From NCBI GenBank assembly GCA_963727895.1, contig CAVSHT010000005.1:416001-480000 (forward strand): a stretch of 64,000 nt of DNA. Reading direction: 5' to 3'. Shown piece after piece: positions 41,181-52,571 of this stretch. The notes under the pieces were generated by a model that saw only the letters and a program-made list of their open reading frames with translations, searched no databases and was not told the DNA's origin. Position 1 is the first letter of the stretch. Each line of letters starts with the position of its first letter. The position numbers and the translations under genes are program-made. The DNA comes from an uncultured Methanosarcinaceae archaeon. Its GTDB lineage: Archaea; Halobacteriota; Methanosarcinia; Methanosarcinales; Methanosarcinaceae.

Positions 41181-41918
41181 GGCATTGGTAAACAAAAATA
41201 GATATATATGCTTATAACATATATTTCTTCATGAACTGCCCCAGATGTAATAGTTCCAGTCACAAAAATAATGGTATAGTTGGCGGGCGTCAACGCTACA
41301 AATGTCATGATTGTGGCTATAACTATACAGTAGAGCTAAAATCAACTGCTTTTTCCGCTTCTGTAAAAAGACAGGCTTTACAACTCTATCTTGAAGGATT
41401 AGGCTTTCGTTCAATAGGAAGATTTTTAGGGGTGAGTCATGTTTCTGTCCAAAGATGGATAAAGAAATTTGGTCAGGAGTTAGAGGCTCTAAAAAGTGAA
41501 AATGAAATATCTATTGTTGAAATGGATGAAATGCACACTTACATCGGTAACAAAAAAAATATTGCTGGATCTGGATTGCTGTTGATAGAGTTGGGAAAAA
41601 GTTCATCAACTGTTCTTTTGGTAGTAGAGGAACGGAAACTGGAAAACTACTCTGGGAAAAATTGAAGAAAAAAGACATTGGAGAAGTGATGACAGATCAC
41701 TGGAGGGCATATGCAGAGTTTCTTCCAGAAACTATTCATACTCAATCAAAAGCAGAAACATTTACAGTTGAGGGATATAACAGCATATTGAGGCACTTTC
41801 TAGCAAGATTGAGAAGAAAGACAAAGTGTTATAAAAAAGTCTTGAAATGCTAAAGTACTCGGTTATTCTATTGATAAATACAGAAATAAAAAACTAGATA
41901 TATTTAAGTAACAATGCC
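41181..41918 (+). mobile_element. IS1-family element
   Basis: Ends ggcattggtaaacaaa / tttaagtaacaatgcc; InsA/InsB ORFs; no clear TSD. Confidence 0.93.
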
Positions 41919-41920
41919 AC

Positions 41921-42712
41921 TTATAAATTTGATTTTATGATAATATGCTCTTTAGGATATGCTATCTTGCTCCGCTTGCAGATAAAAGACTCCGTCATGT
42001 CAATTACCATTTGCTGTGCCAGTACTGCAGGGATGCCCATAATCAGCAGGTCTGAAGGTAACCAAGCATTTCCGGTTGGGTCAACAGGTCCAACATATGC
42101 TGAACCTTTAGGAGCATTTTCTGCCATGCCTGCAGGGAAAGCAAGCATTGTAGCACAGATAGGTCCGCCAGGCATCACTGTCTTAAAGAAAATGTCAGAA
42201 CTGTTAAACTGTGCTAGACCGCATAAGTTCCTTATTTGTTCACTGCCGGCGAACAAGATAATCGATCTGATAATTTCCAGAGAAATATCTATAGTACAGG
42301 GTCCGATAACAATGAACTTTCCAAGAGGAGTGATTTTTCCTGCACTTTTTCGGCTCTCTTCGAATAACTCAGGTGAAGCCTTTAAATGTTCGGCAGCACC
42401 ACCATGGAAGTCAGGTGTACCCACAGTCACAAAGTACTTCAGCTTTGGATGAGGTTCCCCCAATCCAGTCCAGGCAATCCCGCCGCCGCAACACTTATCG
42501 TGAGCAGCCTCTATATAAAGTAGAGGAGTATTCTCAAAAAGGGCAGAAGTATAGACTGCCTTTGCTATACAGCGGTCTACTTTGTATGATGGAACTGCTC
42601 CTTTCGGAATTTCATCCGCACCGTAGACACACAAAGAACGTAGTTTCAACCTGCCAGCTTCTATGAGCTTATTTCCAAGTTCCTTAACGTTCAGTAAATC
42701 TGTTGATGCTAT
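41921..42712 (-). CDS. DUF169 family protein (start uncertain)
   Basis: CxAxA, CCGGG, CA..AFP, D.TG motifs; the frame is open to an ATA at 42712 behind a GGTGA RBS. Confidence 0.65.
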   Translation of the reverse strand: MASTDLLNVKELGNKLIEAGRLKLRSLCVYGADEIPKGAVPSYKVDRCIAKAVYTSALFENTPLLYIEAAHDKCCGGGIAWTGLGEPHPKLKYFVTVGTPDFHGGAAEHLKASPELFEESRKSAGKITPLGKFIVIGPCTIDISLEIIRSIILFAGSEQIRNLCGLAQFNSSDIFFKTVMPGGPICATMLAFPAGMAENAPKGSAYVGPVDPTGNAWLPSDLLIMGIPAVLAQQMVIDMTESFICKRSKIAYPKEHIIIKSNL

Positions 42713-42732
42713 ATAATCACCTTCAAGAAAAG

Positions 42733-43404
42733 TTATTTTTGAATCCAGTCCTTTTCCATCCAGTAATCGCAGTTATGTGCCCAATGATCTTTATTGGCAA
42801 GGATGACATGCTTGAATCGTTCTTTCCAGGCTTTATGAGCAGCTTCCTGGTCAGGGTATTGCCTTTTCTCTTCTATCGCTTTAACAAGGTCTTTTCCCAT
42901 TTTCCGAGATTTTTCAATGGCTGCTTCCAATGCTGAAGGACCCTGTGACATTGCACAGCCAACTCCTCCAATGGTGTTGCCTCCGCAGGATTTTGTGTAG
43001 TTGTTCATAATATCAAGGACAAAATCAACTTCACCGCTGCCTGCTGTGGTCAACGAAAAACCGTATTTTCCTTCAAAGAGCTGTTCATGAACCATAAGTG
43101 GACTTCTATCGAACAGTGTTTTGAGCTGTGCTGTAACATTTGTTATATAATTAGGGCTGCTCAAGATGATTCCATCTACAGCTAGCATTTTGTCCATTAC
43201 GATATTGAAATTATCTTTTATTGAGCATACACCTTTCTCATGGCAAGAATCACATGCAGTGCAATATTTGATCTTCAACTTTGCAATGTCAATAGATTCA
43301 ACTTCTGCTCCTGCTTCTGCAGCTCCTTCTAAAGCTGCATCCATCAATTTTAAAGTATTACTCTTTTTGCCTCGCGGGCTTGACAGTACACCAACTATTT
43401 TCAT
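42733..43404 (-). CDS. Iron-sulfur flavoprotein (Isf) / flavodoxin family
   Basis: SSPRG..SNT, CTACDSCHEKGVC, SSPNY..LKTLFDR. Confidence 0.88.
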   Translation of the reverse strand: MKIVGVLSSPRGKKSNTLKLMDAALEGAAEAGAEVESIDIAKLKIKYCTACDSCHEKGVCSIKDNFNIVMDKMLAVDGIILSSPNYITNVTAQLKTLFDRSPLMVHEQLFEGKYGFSLTTAGSGEVDFVLDIMNNYTKSCGGNTIGGVGCAMSQGPSALEAAIEKSRKMGKDLVKAIEEKRQYPDQEAAHKAWKERFKHVILANKDHWAHNCDYWMEKDWIQK

Positions 43405-43667
43405 GATTACCCTCAATTTCTCTTTAAACAATATTACTGCATTCAAAAAAATTAATTCGGACTTACACACTTGAAGTAATAATCAAGTATAATTATCTTT
43501 ATATCAAGTTCACTAAATAGTTGAAAGTTTAAACTATCAACTATTTTTAGTAACTGCGGAAGTTCTCTATATTAAATCTTCATAAATAATATTTAGAATT
43601 TGCTTAAAATTGAAAGTACACAGTTGAATTGAAAAACCTCCTGGTTTTGAAAGCGATGTTTAGAGGC

Positions 43668-44420
43668 TTATGCCTCCATTTTTGAAAAAAACATTGTTCC
43701 TACCAAACAGATGATAATTGACAATGAACCCATTACCACCAAATCGCTGGAGACGCTGAAAGTGCTTATACCTGCGATTGCTCCTCTCAGACCATCAACC
43801 CCATAAGTAAGCGGATCGATCCTGCTTATAAAATAAATTGCAGGAGGCAAGTTTTTTAGAGGAAATAAAGCTCCTGAAAGGAAAAATGTAGGCATAATTA
43901 GAAAGTTCAATATCATCTGAAACCCTTGCATATCTTTCATTTGTGAAGCCATAGTGAGACCAATTCCTGTAAAGAAAATGGCTATCAAAAACATAAAAAT
44001 TAACCCAATAACAAGGCTACTTATACTGGAAATTCTGAATCCAAGAATATACGTTAGGCTAAGTACAATCAAACCCTGAATTATAGCTATAGTTGCACCT
44101 CCAAACGTTTTTCCAATCATGATCTCTGTTCTTGAAATAGGAGCTACCAGAGTTTCCTTGAGAAAACCGAATTGCCTGTCCCATATTACCTCCAGACCAG
44201 AAAAGACAGCTGTAAATAGAATTCCCATTGTGACAATTCCTGGGGCAAGAAAATCAATGTAATTTGCTCCTCCACTGACCTGAGAATACATAGGACCGAA
44301 GCCAAATCCAAAAGCGATCAAAAAAAGCATTGGTTGCCCTAGAGTACCTATAAGTCTGGCCTTGGAACGCCAATAATGTTTGAGCTGCCTCAGAGAGAGA
44401 GCGTAGATAACCTCGATCAT
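43668..44420 (-). CDS. ABC-2 type exporter permease
   Basis: WDRQFGFLKETLVAP, FLSGALFPL, DPLTYGVD. Confidence 0.9.
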   Translation of the reverse strand: MIEVIYALSLRQLKHYWRSKARLIGTLGQPMLFLIAFGFGFGPMYSQVSGGANYIDFLAPGIVTMGILFTAVFSGLEVIWDRQFGFLKETLVAPISRTEIMIGKTFGGATIAIIQGLIVLSLTYILGFRISSISSLVIGLIFMFLIAIFFTGIGLTMASQMKDMQGFQMILNFLIMPTFFLSGALFPLKNLPPAIYFISRIDPLTYGVDGLRGAIAGISTFSVSSDLVVMGSLSIIICLVGTMFFSKMEA

Positions 44421-45211
44421 TATTTAATCCTCCCCATACCTCGCATCATTATTTGTTTACTTGTCCCATTATCATCACGAATGTTTTTGCCTGTTAGTTT
44501 GAGAAAAGCTTCTTCTAAGGATTCGGTTTTTGTCTGGCTCTTAATCTCTTCAACTGTTCCCAATTTTATAATTTTTCCGTGATCAATAACGGCTATCTGG
44601 TCCGCAATTGCTTCAGCTTCTTCCATGTAATGTGTTGTCAGAAAAATTGTCATATTTCTTTCTTCGTTCAGCTTTTTTATATGGTCCCATATAGAATTTC
44701 GAGTCTGAGGATCAAGGCCTACTGTAGGTTCATCAAGGAAAAGAATCTTCGGATAGTGGACAAGCGCACGCGCAATCTCAAGCCTGCGTTTCATGCCACC
44801 TGAAAAATTCTTAACATAATCTTCACGCCGGTCCCAGAGCCCGACAATTTCCAGAGCTTTCTGAATTCTGTCTTCTCTTTCTTTTTTAGGTACTTTGTAG
44901 ACAACTGCATGATAGACGATATTTTCGTAAGCTGTAAGCTCGTCATCAAGACTGGAATCCTGAAAGACTATCCCAAAAGATGCACGTGCCTTGTCCTTTT
45001 CTGTAAGAACATTGAAGCCATTGATAATTATGTCTCCAGATGTTGGTTTTAGGACAGTTGTGAGCATTTTGATGGTCGTGGATTTGCCTGCCCCGTTTGG
45101 ACCTAAAAAAGCGAAGATTGAACCTGCTTCTACATTAAAACTAATGTTTTTTACGGCTGTAAAATCATCAAATTTTTTTATAAGGGATTGGACTGAAAGT
45201 ATGTTTTGCAT
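44420..45211 (-). CDS. DrrA-like ABC exporter ATPase
   Basis: GPNGAGKST, FSGGM, LDEPTVGLD, TTHYMEEA. Confidence 0.92.
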   Translation of the reverse strand: MQNILSVQSLIKKFDDFTAVKNISFNVEAGSIFAFLGPNGAGKSTTIKMLTTVLKPTSGDIIINGFNVLTEKDKARASFGIVFQDSSLDDELTAYENIVYHAVVYKVPKKEREDRIQKALEIVGLWDRREDYVKNFSGGMKRRLEIARALVHYPKILFLDEPTVGLDPQTRNSIWDHIKKLNEERNMTIFLTTHYMEEAEAIADQIAVIDHGKIIKLGTVEEIKSQTKTESLEEAFLKLTGKNIRDDNGTSKQIMMRGMGRIK

Positions 45212-45416
45212 ATTTGATCCCTGAATTTTTTTGTCAAAATAAAAAACAAATTTTGGAAATTATCTAAAAAGTCTCTTGACTTAAGGTGTTTGATTCTTTT
45301 AGGACTTACATCAGTAGGATTGAAACAGAGCTTTTAAACATCAACTGCATAAGACGGATAGGAAGAAAGTTTCTACATAACCCAATCTTCATTTATAAAT
45401 GTGAATGCGTTCTTGT

Positions 45417-45872
45417 TTAGAGATTAGCTGCATTCAAAGCAATCTTTCGAATTATCTCAATAACAGATTGTAGTTCATCTGATTCAAAATCCTTGAGCAG
45501 AAGTGAGTTCAGCTCGGAGCCTATTTTTCGCATTTCAGGCTTCATTTTTTTACCTTTTTCAGTCAGGTAGAGCCTTTTGATTCTTTTGTCTTCCGGGTCT
45601 GTTATACGGTAGACAATGCCTTCTTTTTCCATTTTCAGTATCGATTTTGCAATCATCGTTTTATCAAATCCTCTCGATTGTGCAAGGCTGTCCTGGCTCC
45701 GACCTTCCTGACGATATAACGACATTAAGATAGAGAAATGGCCCCATCCTATATTGTATGAAGCCAGTTCATTCGCAAAATGCTTCTGGACAGAGCGATA
45801 TGTAAATGAGATAAGTGCAACAACTTTGTCAATATCTTCAATTCATTGGATAGGTGTTTCTTCTTCATTCAT
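45417..45872 (-). pseudogene. MarR-family regulator with in-frame TGA at codon 10
   Basis: SQDSLA..DPEDKRIKRLYLTEKG; the frame extends to ATG 45872 with a stop at 45843-45845. Confidence 0.7.
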
Positions 45873-46307
45873 TATTTTCACTCATAGAAATTCAGCATAA
45901 TTTATGCCATTTGAGAATTAGTTGACTAGTCTATTATTTATACTATACGGCTCATATCAAATTTGTTGATTAGTCAACAATAATGAAGGGAACTTTATGG
46001 AAAGAATTGTCTTGAAAAACCAGTTTTGTTGTTAGCGCACCTACTGATATTATATTTGAGAAGAAATTAATAAAGTTCGTCAACGAAGAAACCAAATATC
46101 TCTACCAAGATGAATCACGTTTCCAGCATGAAAAATAGATTTATCAGATAACAAAATTTAATAAAGAATACCTCACTTATAATTAGAGTGGTATTCTAAG
46201 GGAGATTTATACGATAGAGTTAGAGGGATGCTTGTTCGTACATCGATTATCTTAACAAGGATAGGAAAGCTGATCTGACTCTTTTTATTAGGTACAGAAA
46301 GAAAAAG

Positions 46308-47046
46308 GGCATTGATACTTAAACATAGTTATATATTATTAGAAAGTATATTTCTTCATGAACTGCCCAAAATGCAATAGTTCCAGTCACAAAAAGAATG
46401 GTATAGTTGGCGGGCGTCAACGGTACAAATGCTCTGATTGTGGCTATAACTATACAGTAGAGCTAAAATCAACTGCTTTTTCCGCTTCTGTAAAAAGACA
46501 GGCTTTACAACTCTATCTTGAAGGATTGGGCTTTCGTTCAATAGGAAGAGTTTTAGGGGTAAGTCATGTTTCTGTCCAAAGATGGATAAAGAAATTTGGT
46601 CAGGAGTTAGAGAACCTAAAAAGTGAAAGTGAGATATCTATTGTTGAAATGGATAAAATGCACACTTACATCGGTAACAAAAAAATATTGCTGGATCTGG
46701 ATTGCTGTTGATAGAGTTGGGAAAAAGTTCATCAACTGCTCTTTTGGTAGCAGAGAAATAGAAACTAGAAAACTACTCTGGGAAAAAGTGAAGAAAAAAG
46801 AGATTGGAGAAGTGATGACAGATCACTGGAGGGCATATGCAGAGTTTCTTCCTGAAACGATTCATACTCAATCAAAAGCAGAAACGTATACTGTTGAAGG
46901 ATATAACAGCATATTGAGGCACTTTCTAGCAAGATTGAGAAGAAAGACAAAGTGTGATACAAAAAGTCTTGAAATACTAAAGTACTCGGTTATTCTATTG
47001 ATGGAATAAAGAAATAAAGAACTAGATATATTTAAGTAACAATGCC
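46308..47046 (+). mobile_element. IS1-family element, 8-bp TSD AGAAAAAG
   Basis: Same TIRs as the 11385 copy; exact TSD on both sides. Confidence 0.95.
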
Positions 47047-47091
47047 AGAAAAAGATCCAGCTCAGAAACGGATAACTCTTTAGGGGTATAT

Positions 47092-48018
47092 ATGAAACGT
47101 AGTGAACTAATCGATTCTTATAAAACAAGGTTGAGTCCCTCAAAATTTATAGAGTCACTCGAAAAAAAGGCTAGTTTCTATGATGAATCCAAGAGTAACT
47201 CAGAAGAAGATCATTCAGAGAAGAATCTCAAAAGTACTCTATACTACAATTCAGAAGAAGATTTTCCTAAAAATTCTAATGTGGCAAGGATTTCCAAAAA
47301 CAAAGATGAGCCTCTTATCAAACTGACCGATGTATGGAAAATTTACCAGATGGGAGAGGTTGAGTTTGCAGCTCTTAAAGGAATAAACCTGGAAATCTAC
47401 GAAGGGGAGTTTCTTGTTGTTCTTGGACCAAGCGGAAGTGGAAAAAGCACGCTCATGAATCTTCTAGGCTGCCTTGATTTGCCTTCAAGAGGTACTGTTT
47501 TCTTGAATTCAAAGGATATATCAGAACTTAATGAATCTGAGCTTGCTAACATAAGGGGACAGATGATAGGATTTATTTTCCAGAGTTTTAACCTAATTCC
47601 AACCTTAAACACCTATGAAAATGTGCTTTTACCTCTGGAATTTCAGGAAGAAAATTCACATAAAGCCCGTAAAAAAGCCTCATATCTACTTGAAATCGTT
47701 GGACTTTCAGAAAAAAAAGAGAACCTTCCTTCTCAACTCTCAGGGGGGCAGAGACAGAGAGTTGCAATAGCTCGTTCTCTTGCTGTGAATCCATCTATAA
47801 TTCTGGCAGATGAGCCTACAGGAAACCTTGACACAAAAACTGGGAACTATATTTTGGATTTTTTAAACGAGCTACATGAAAGAGAAGGAAAGACAATAAT
47901 TATTGTGACTCATGATCTGGACATCATAAAATACGCTACAAGAGTTGTGTACATAAGGGATGGTGAAATCGATAAAATAGAAAAACGAACGAAAATTGAA
48001 TCTGAGGAGTTAAAATGA
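47092..48018 (+). CDS. MacB/LolD-type ABC ATPase
   Basis: [26 protein letters not shown]. Confidence 0.92.
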   Translation: MKRSELIDSYKTRLSPSKFIESLEKKASFYDESKSNSEEDHSEKNLKSTLYYNSEEDFPKNSNVARISKNKDEPLIKLTDVWKIYQMGEVEFAALKGINLEIYEGEFLVVLGPSGSGKSTLMNLLGCLDLPSRGTVFLNSKDISELNESELANIRGQMIGFIFQSFNLIPTLNTYENVLLPLEFQEENSHKARKKASYLLEIVGLSEKKENLPSQLSGGQRQRVAIARSLAVNPSIILADEPTGNLDTKTGNYILDFLNELHEREGKTIIIVTHDLDIIKYATRVVYIRDGEIDKIEKRTKIESEELK

Positions 48019-49490
48019 GAAAGTTATCTTTATTAACATTTTTGCTGTTATTTTCAATGTTCATATGCTTAGGAACTGGTACAGCACTCGGTGAATCAAA
48101 TAGTCTGAACTCTTCATCTATGCAGACAAATCTAACTAATCAAAACTTCAATTCTGCCGGAACTGGAACAACAATAAGTGCATCAAATGGGAATATAAAT
48201 TCTGCAGATGTGCAGGTGAGTGTGACTAATCAAAATCCTGATCCTGCTAGGCCTGGAGAACCTGTCGAACTTACTCTCAGCGTGCAGAATATAGGAAACA
48301 ATGATCTCCAAGATATTAGTGTTAAAGTCAACCCTGAATATCCATTCAGCCAAATTTCTGGAGAAGACCTTGAAAAGGATATCTCTTTTCTAAATGCACG
48401 TCAGGAGGATGATGAAGCTGGAGTTCTGAAATTCAGACTTATGACCGATGCAAATGCTTCCGAAGGCACTTATAATCTCGATATTGTCACCACTTATAAA
48501 AGCTCAGGGTCTTCAGAAACTACTTACACCACTACAAAAACAATCCAGGTTCAAGTTCAGGGTAAAGAATACGCTCAGGTTGTGACTGTTAGCAAATCTG
48601 ATATTGACATAGCAAAGGAAGAACCTCTAGAGTTTATTGTTACAAATACAGGAACTTCTCCCTTGAAAAATCTGGTTTTCTCCTGGAATGATCCAAAAGG
48701 CATTATTTTGCCTGTATATTCAGATAACACAAAATACATTAAGTATCTAGATGTCGGCCAATCTGTAAAAGTTGACTATACTGTAATGGCAGACGTAAGT
48801 GCTACTCCCGGACTTTATCCCTTGAATGTAAATCTTTCATATGAAGACAATGAATCCAACGCAAAAATCATTAAGACTACAGCAGGCATTTTTGTAGGAG
48901 GAGCAACGGATTTTGACGTTTCTTTCTCGGAAAGCAGTGCTGGAGAGACTTCTCTCTCAGTAGCAAACGTGGGTAATAACATAGCATATGCTGTAAAAGT
49001 TTCTATTCCCGATCAAGACGGATACCAAGTGTTAGGAAGTCCGTCAACAATTGTGGGAAATTTAGAGAAGGGAGATTATACAATTGCATCTTTTAATATC
49101 ACAAACACATGGGATGGAAATAGTAATTCAGGGACATCACTTGATACTGCAAATAAAAGGTATGCAGCAGGAGATAATGCAAGTTCATCTTCAATGAACT
49201 CAAATCCATTAAAAGTCCAGATTGAATATACAGATGCAAAAGGAGAAAGAATAACAGTTGACAAAGATGTAGTAATCCAGATGTCTGCATCTACGGGATT
49301 TGGCACTGGAGATAGGACAGGGACACGAGGTAACAGGAGCAGTGGTCTCAGTTCAAATCTGCTATATATTTTAGGAATAGTGATTGTAGGTGCAGGAGTT
49401 TTCCTGTATCGCAAACGAAAAAAAGGAGCTAAAAAAGCTGATGGTAAAACATCCTCAGATGACTCCAGTTTAGGAATGTCAAAGTATTGA
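48015..49490 (+). CDS. COG1361 S-layer-family membrane-anchored protein
   Basis: Signal peptide, PDPARPGE Ig-like repeats, C-terminal TM plus RKRKK; lies between ABC subunits. Confidence 0.8.
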   Translation: MRKLSLLTFLLLFSMFICLGTGTALGESNSLNSSSMQTNLTNQNFNSAGTGTTISASNGNINSADVQVSVTNQNPDPARPGEPVELTLSVQNIGNNDLQDISVKVNPEYPFSQISGEDLEKDISFLNARQEDDEAGVLKFRLMTDANASEGTYNLDIVTTYKSSGSSETTYTTTKTIQVQVQGKEYAQVVTVSKSDIDIAKEEPLEFIVTNTGTSPLKNLVFSWNDPKGIILPVYSDNTKYIKYLDVGQSVKVDYTVMADVSATPGLYPLNVNLSYEDNESNAKIIKTTAGIFVGGATDFDVSFSESSAGETSLSVANVGNNIAYAVKVSIPDQDGYQVLGSPSTIVGNLEKGDYTIASFNITNTWDGNSNSGTSLDTANKRYAAGDNASSSSMNSNPLKVQIEYTDAKGERITVDKDVVIQMSASTGFGTGDRTGTRGNRSSGLSSNLLYILGIVIVGAGVFLYRKRKKGAKKADGKTSSDDSSLGMSKY

Positions 49491-49518
49491 AAAGACAGAA
49501 AAACTGGAGGAATGCTCA

Positions 49519-50757
49519 ATTAGAAATGGAACTTACTCAAAATTGGCTTTGAATATGCTCGTGCACAGCAAACTTAGAAGCTGGCTTACTATCATTGGAA
49601 TCGTAATAGGAGTTGGCGCAGTAGTAGGGATAGTCTCTCTGGGGGATGCTATGCAGGCACAGGTGCAAAGCAGGCTTGCAACCTTAGATTTAGCGCACAT
49701 CACCATCTCACCAGGATATTCAAGAGCTCAAGCAGGAGGGTTTGGTGGATTTAGAAGAGGAACTACTACAAATGATGTTCAGTTGACAGATAAAGATATT
49801 GATGCGCTCCGTGGTATAGCAGATCTAAAATATATTACTGGTGAGATTTCTGGTAGAGTAAACATAAGCTACAACTCAGAAAGTGCTTCTCTTTCCGTTA
49901 CCGGAGTAGATCCACAGGTTTGGAAGTATATGAACACAATCACCCTGGATTCGGGAAGGTTACTTGAACCAGCAGATAATTATGTTGCAGTTATCGGAAG
50001 CGGAGTAGCTACCGGGATTTACAAAAAAAATATTGGAATTAACCAGATTATAAATGTAGATGGAAAGTCCGTAAGAGTTGTTGGAATTTTGGAAGAACAG
50101 GGTGGAGGAGAAGATAATCAGATATATATGCCTATAAATGCCGCGGTAAATTTGATTCCAGATGCAGAAAAAAATGTATATGATACTATTGAAGTAGAAG
50201 CTCAGAGTCCGGCTGTTGTAGATGCAGCAGACAGTGCAATTGTAAAAAAGCTCTTGATTTCCAGGCATGTTAATAAAGCAAGTGATCAGGATTTTACTGT
50301 AACAACCACAGCATCAATGGCCAGTACTGTTACCAGTATGATTGATTCAATGAGACTCTTTTTGGGAGCAATTGCTGCTGTATCGCTTATAGTAGGAGCT
50401 GTAGGAATTGCAAATACTATGTTTACTTCTGTCCTTGAAAAGACTAAAGAAATAGGAACAATGAAAGCTATAGGGGCGAAAAATAAAGATATTCTTATGA
50501 TTTTTTTGTTTAATTCCGCAATGGTAGGTTTTGTTGGAGGTGTTTTTGGAGTGATTTTAGGAGCTCTTCTTTCATCTGTATTTCCAATGATCGGTGTTAC
50601 AATGATGAGAGGAGGAGGCGGGACAAGTATATCACTTTCTCCTAGACTAATGGTTTATGGGCTAGCTCTTGCTGTCTTTATGGGTGTGATCTCTGGAGTA
50701 GTACCCGCATATAGAGCCTCGAAACTTAAGCCTGTGGACGCACTGAGATATGAATAA
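49519..50757 (+). CDS. MacB/FtsX-type ABC permease (start uncertain, ATT at 49519)
   Basis: RSWLTIIGIVIG, SVLEKTKEIG.MKAIGA, PAYRASKL.PVDALRYE. Confidence 0.9.
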   Translation: MRNGTYSKLALNMLVHSKLRSWLTIIGIVIGVGAVVGIVSLGDAMQAQVQSRLATLDLAHITISPGYSRAQAGGFGGFRRGTTTNDVQLTDKDIDALRGIADLKYITGEISGRVNISYNSESASLSVTGVDPQVWKYMNTITLDSGRLLEPADNYVAVIGSGVATGIYKKNIGINQIINVDGKSVRVVGILEEQGGGEDNQIYMPINAAVNLIPDAEKNVYDTIEVEAQSPAVVDAADSAIVKKLLISRHVNKASDQDFTVTTTASMASTVTSMIDSMRLFLGAIAAVSLIVGAVGIANTMFTSVLEKTKEIGTMKAIGAKNKDILMIFLFNSAMVGFVGGVFGVILGALLSSVFPMIGVTMMRGGGGTSISLSPRLMVYGLALAVFMGVISGVVPAYRASKLKPVDALRYE

Positions 50758-51158
50758 ATGAAATAGAAAAGGAACACTCACGTTCTTAATTTCTGGCTTT
50801 TAGAATATTGAAAGGGAAAAATCAAAACAATTTACCAGTTTGCCCAGGAAATGTCCATACCTGGTAAGAAAAGCTAATATCAAAAGAACAATCAGAAGAA
50901 CATAAGAGAAGGAATTTAACTCGTAGGTAATTTAACTCGTTAGCTTGTAAAGACTCTAAAAATGTAGTACAGATAGCAATAGCTTTGCTATTACTGGAAA
51001 AGAAAATCAAAAATAGAAATTAACACATATTATCGAAGAAAACGTCTATTTTTTGTTTGCCCTACGCATTGAATTATTAGATAAAAGGGCTCATATTTAC
51101 AGAGGCCCGTTTTTGTATCTAATATTTTTTACTTGTTAGCCGGGTTAACCATTACTTC

Positions 51159-51296
51159 TTACTCGGCCTTAATGCGTTTAATGGTTGTAGGACGCTCTTT
51201 GACCAGGATTCTATGTCCACAATACGGACACCTTATACCTGTGTACTCGTAGTCGATTTCCACTTTTTGTTTACATCGAGTGCATTTATAACCCAT
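51159..51296 (-). CDS. rpoP: DNA-directed RNA polymerase subunit P (Rpo12), missing from the ORF track
   Basis: MGYKCTRC...[16 protein letters not shown], 45 aa. Confidence 0.95.
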   Translation of the reverse strand: MGYKCTRCKQKVEIDYEYTGIRCPYCGHRILVKERPTTIKRIKAE

Positions 51297-51316
51297 ACAA
51301 CCACAACCTTAGATAT

Positions 51317-51613
<297 letters not shown>

Positions 51614-51770
51614 TTAAAATGTAAATGCTTAATCCAAAGTCTAAGAACTTGCTGGCTCACGAATAAAGTCCCCTGAGATATCAAATAATCCAGGTTCCGC
51701 TCACCATTTATTACACACGTACTTAGACCGTAATATGGCATTTAATATTTATATTTAATTAATCCCTGAT

Positions 51771-52571
51771 TCATTCTTGCTTTGACAATCCTTCCAGGTA
51801 GAGTTCCCTGATTTCGGTTGCCTTTTCACATGCCATATCGATTGCTTCCAGAACCTCAGTCTCGGTGAAAGGAGCGGAGCCCATTTTCTGCATGCCAGCG
51901 ATAGATCCATCAGAACGTGAGACCACAGTCAATTTTGTCTCACAAACAGCTTCTTCGTCCAGTGAAGGGTCTACCATCAACTTTGACCCAATCTTAATAA
52001 GAGTCACGCCAACAGGCATCTCTTTCATCGCAAGAGGCACATCCATACCAAGTCCTTGCTGCTCGTTCGGGACAACCGTAGTCATAAGGGCTGCAATAGC
52101 AGCGAGACAGGAAGCATCAATAACATTTCCATCGTCGTTAAGGACATGGATATCTATGTAGATAATCCAGACGGATTCTCCAACGGTTATGCAGAGCTTC
52201 TTTATATCAATTGCGCCCGATTCTCTGATACCTCTATCTACAACCCTTGCCATCTCGATTGCTTCTTCTCTGGGTGGGCCTGGTTCAAAATATGGGGAGG
52301 CAATAGCATTGAGTTCCAAATTGGTAATAATTACACCTTCATCCTGGGAATCCGGAAAAGGAGTACCTGGTTGAAGCTTAACCCCTACAAGAACCTGTGT
52401 GTTTCCTAGAGTCACTTTCGCTGAACCCTCAGCTTTAGGGATAATATTAGTTTCTAGCTTTATATCCCTGAAATCTTTAAATCCACGTCCATCCTGACGC
52501 TTTTCCTTAACCATAAGGCTGTAAATGTAGTCCTTCTTAAGCGTAGCAATAACTTCACTCATCGTTTTCAC
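51771..52571 (-). CDS. rrp42: Exosome subunit Rrp42
   Basis: RQDGR, AEGSA, ARVVDRGIRES, DDGN. Confidence 0.95.
   Translation of the reverse strand: MKTMSEVIATLKKDYIYSLMVKEKRQDGRGFKDFRDIKLETNIIPKAEGSAKVTLGNTQVLVGVKLQPGTPFPDSQDEGVIITNLELNAIASPYFEPGPPREEAIEMARVVDRGIRESGAIDIKKLCITVGESVWIIYIDIHVLNDDGNVIDASCLAAIAALMTTVVPNEQQGLGMDVPLAMKEMPVGVTLIKIGSKLMVDPSLDEEAVCETKLTVVSRSDGSIAGMQKMGSAPFTETEVLEAIDMACEKATEIRELYLEGLSKQE

Noticed and set aside
46090..46135. IS630-like fragment YQDESRFQ
   Set aside because: Too short to distinguish from chance.
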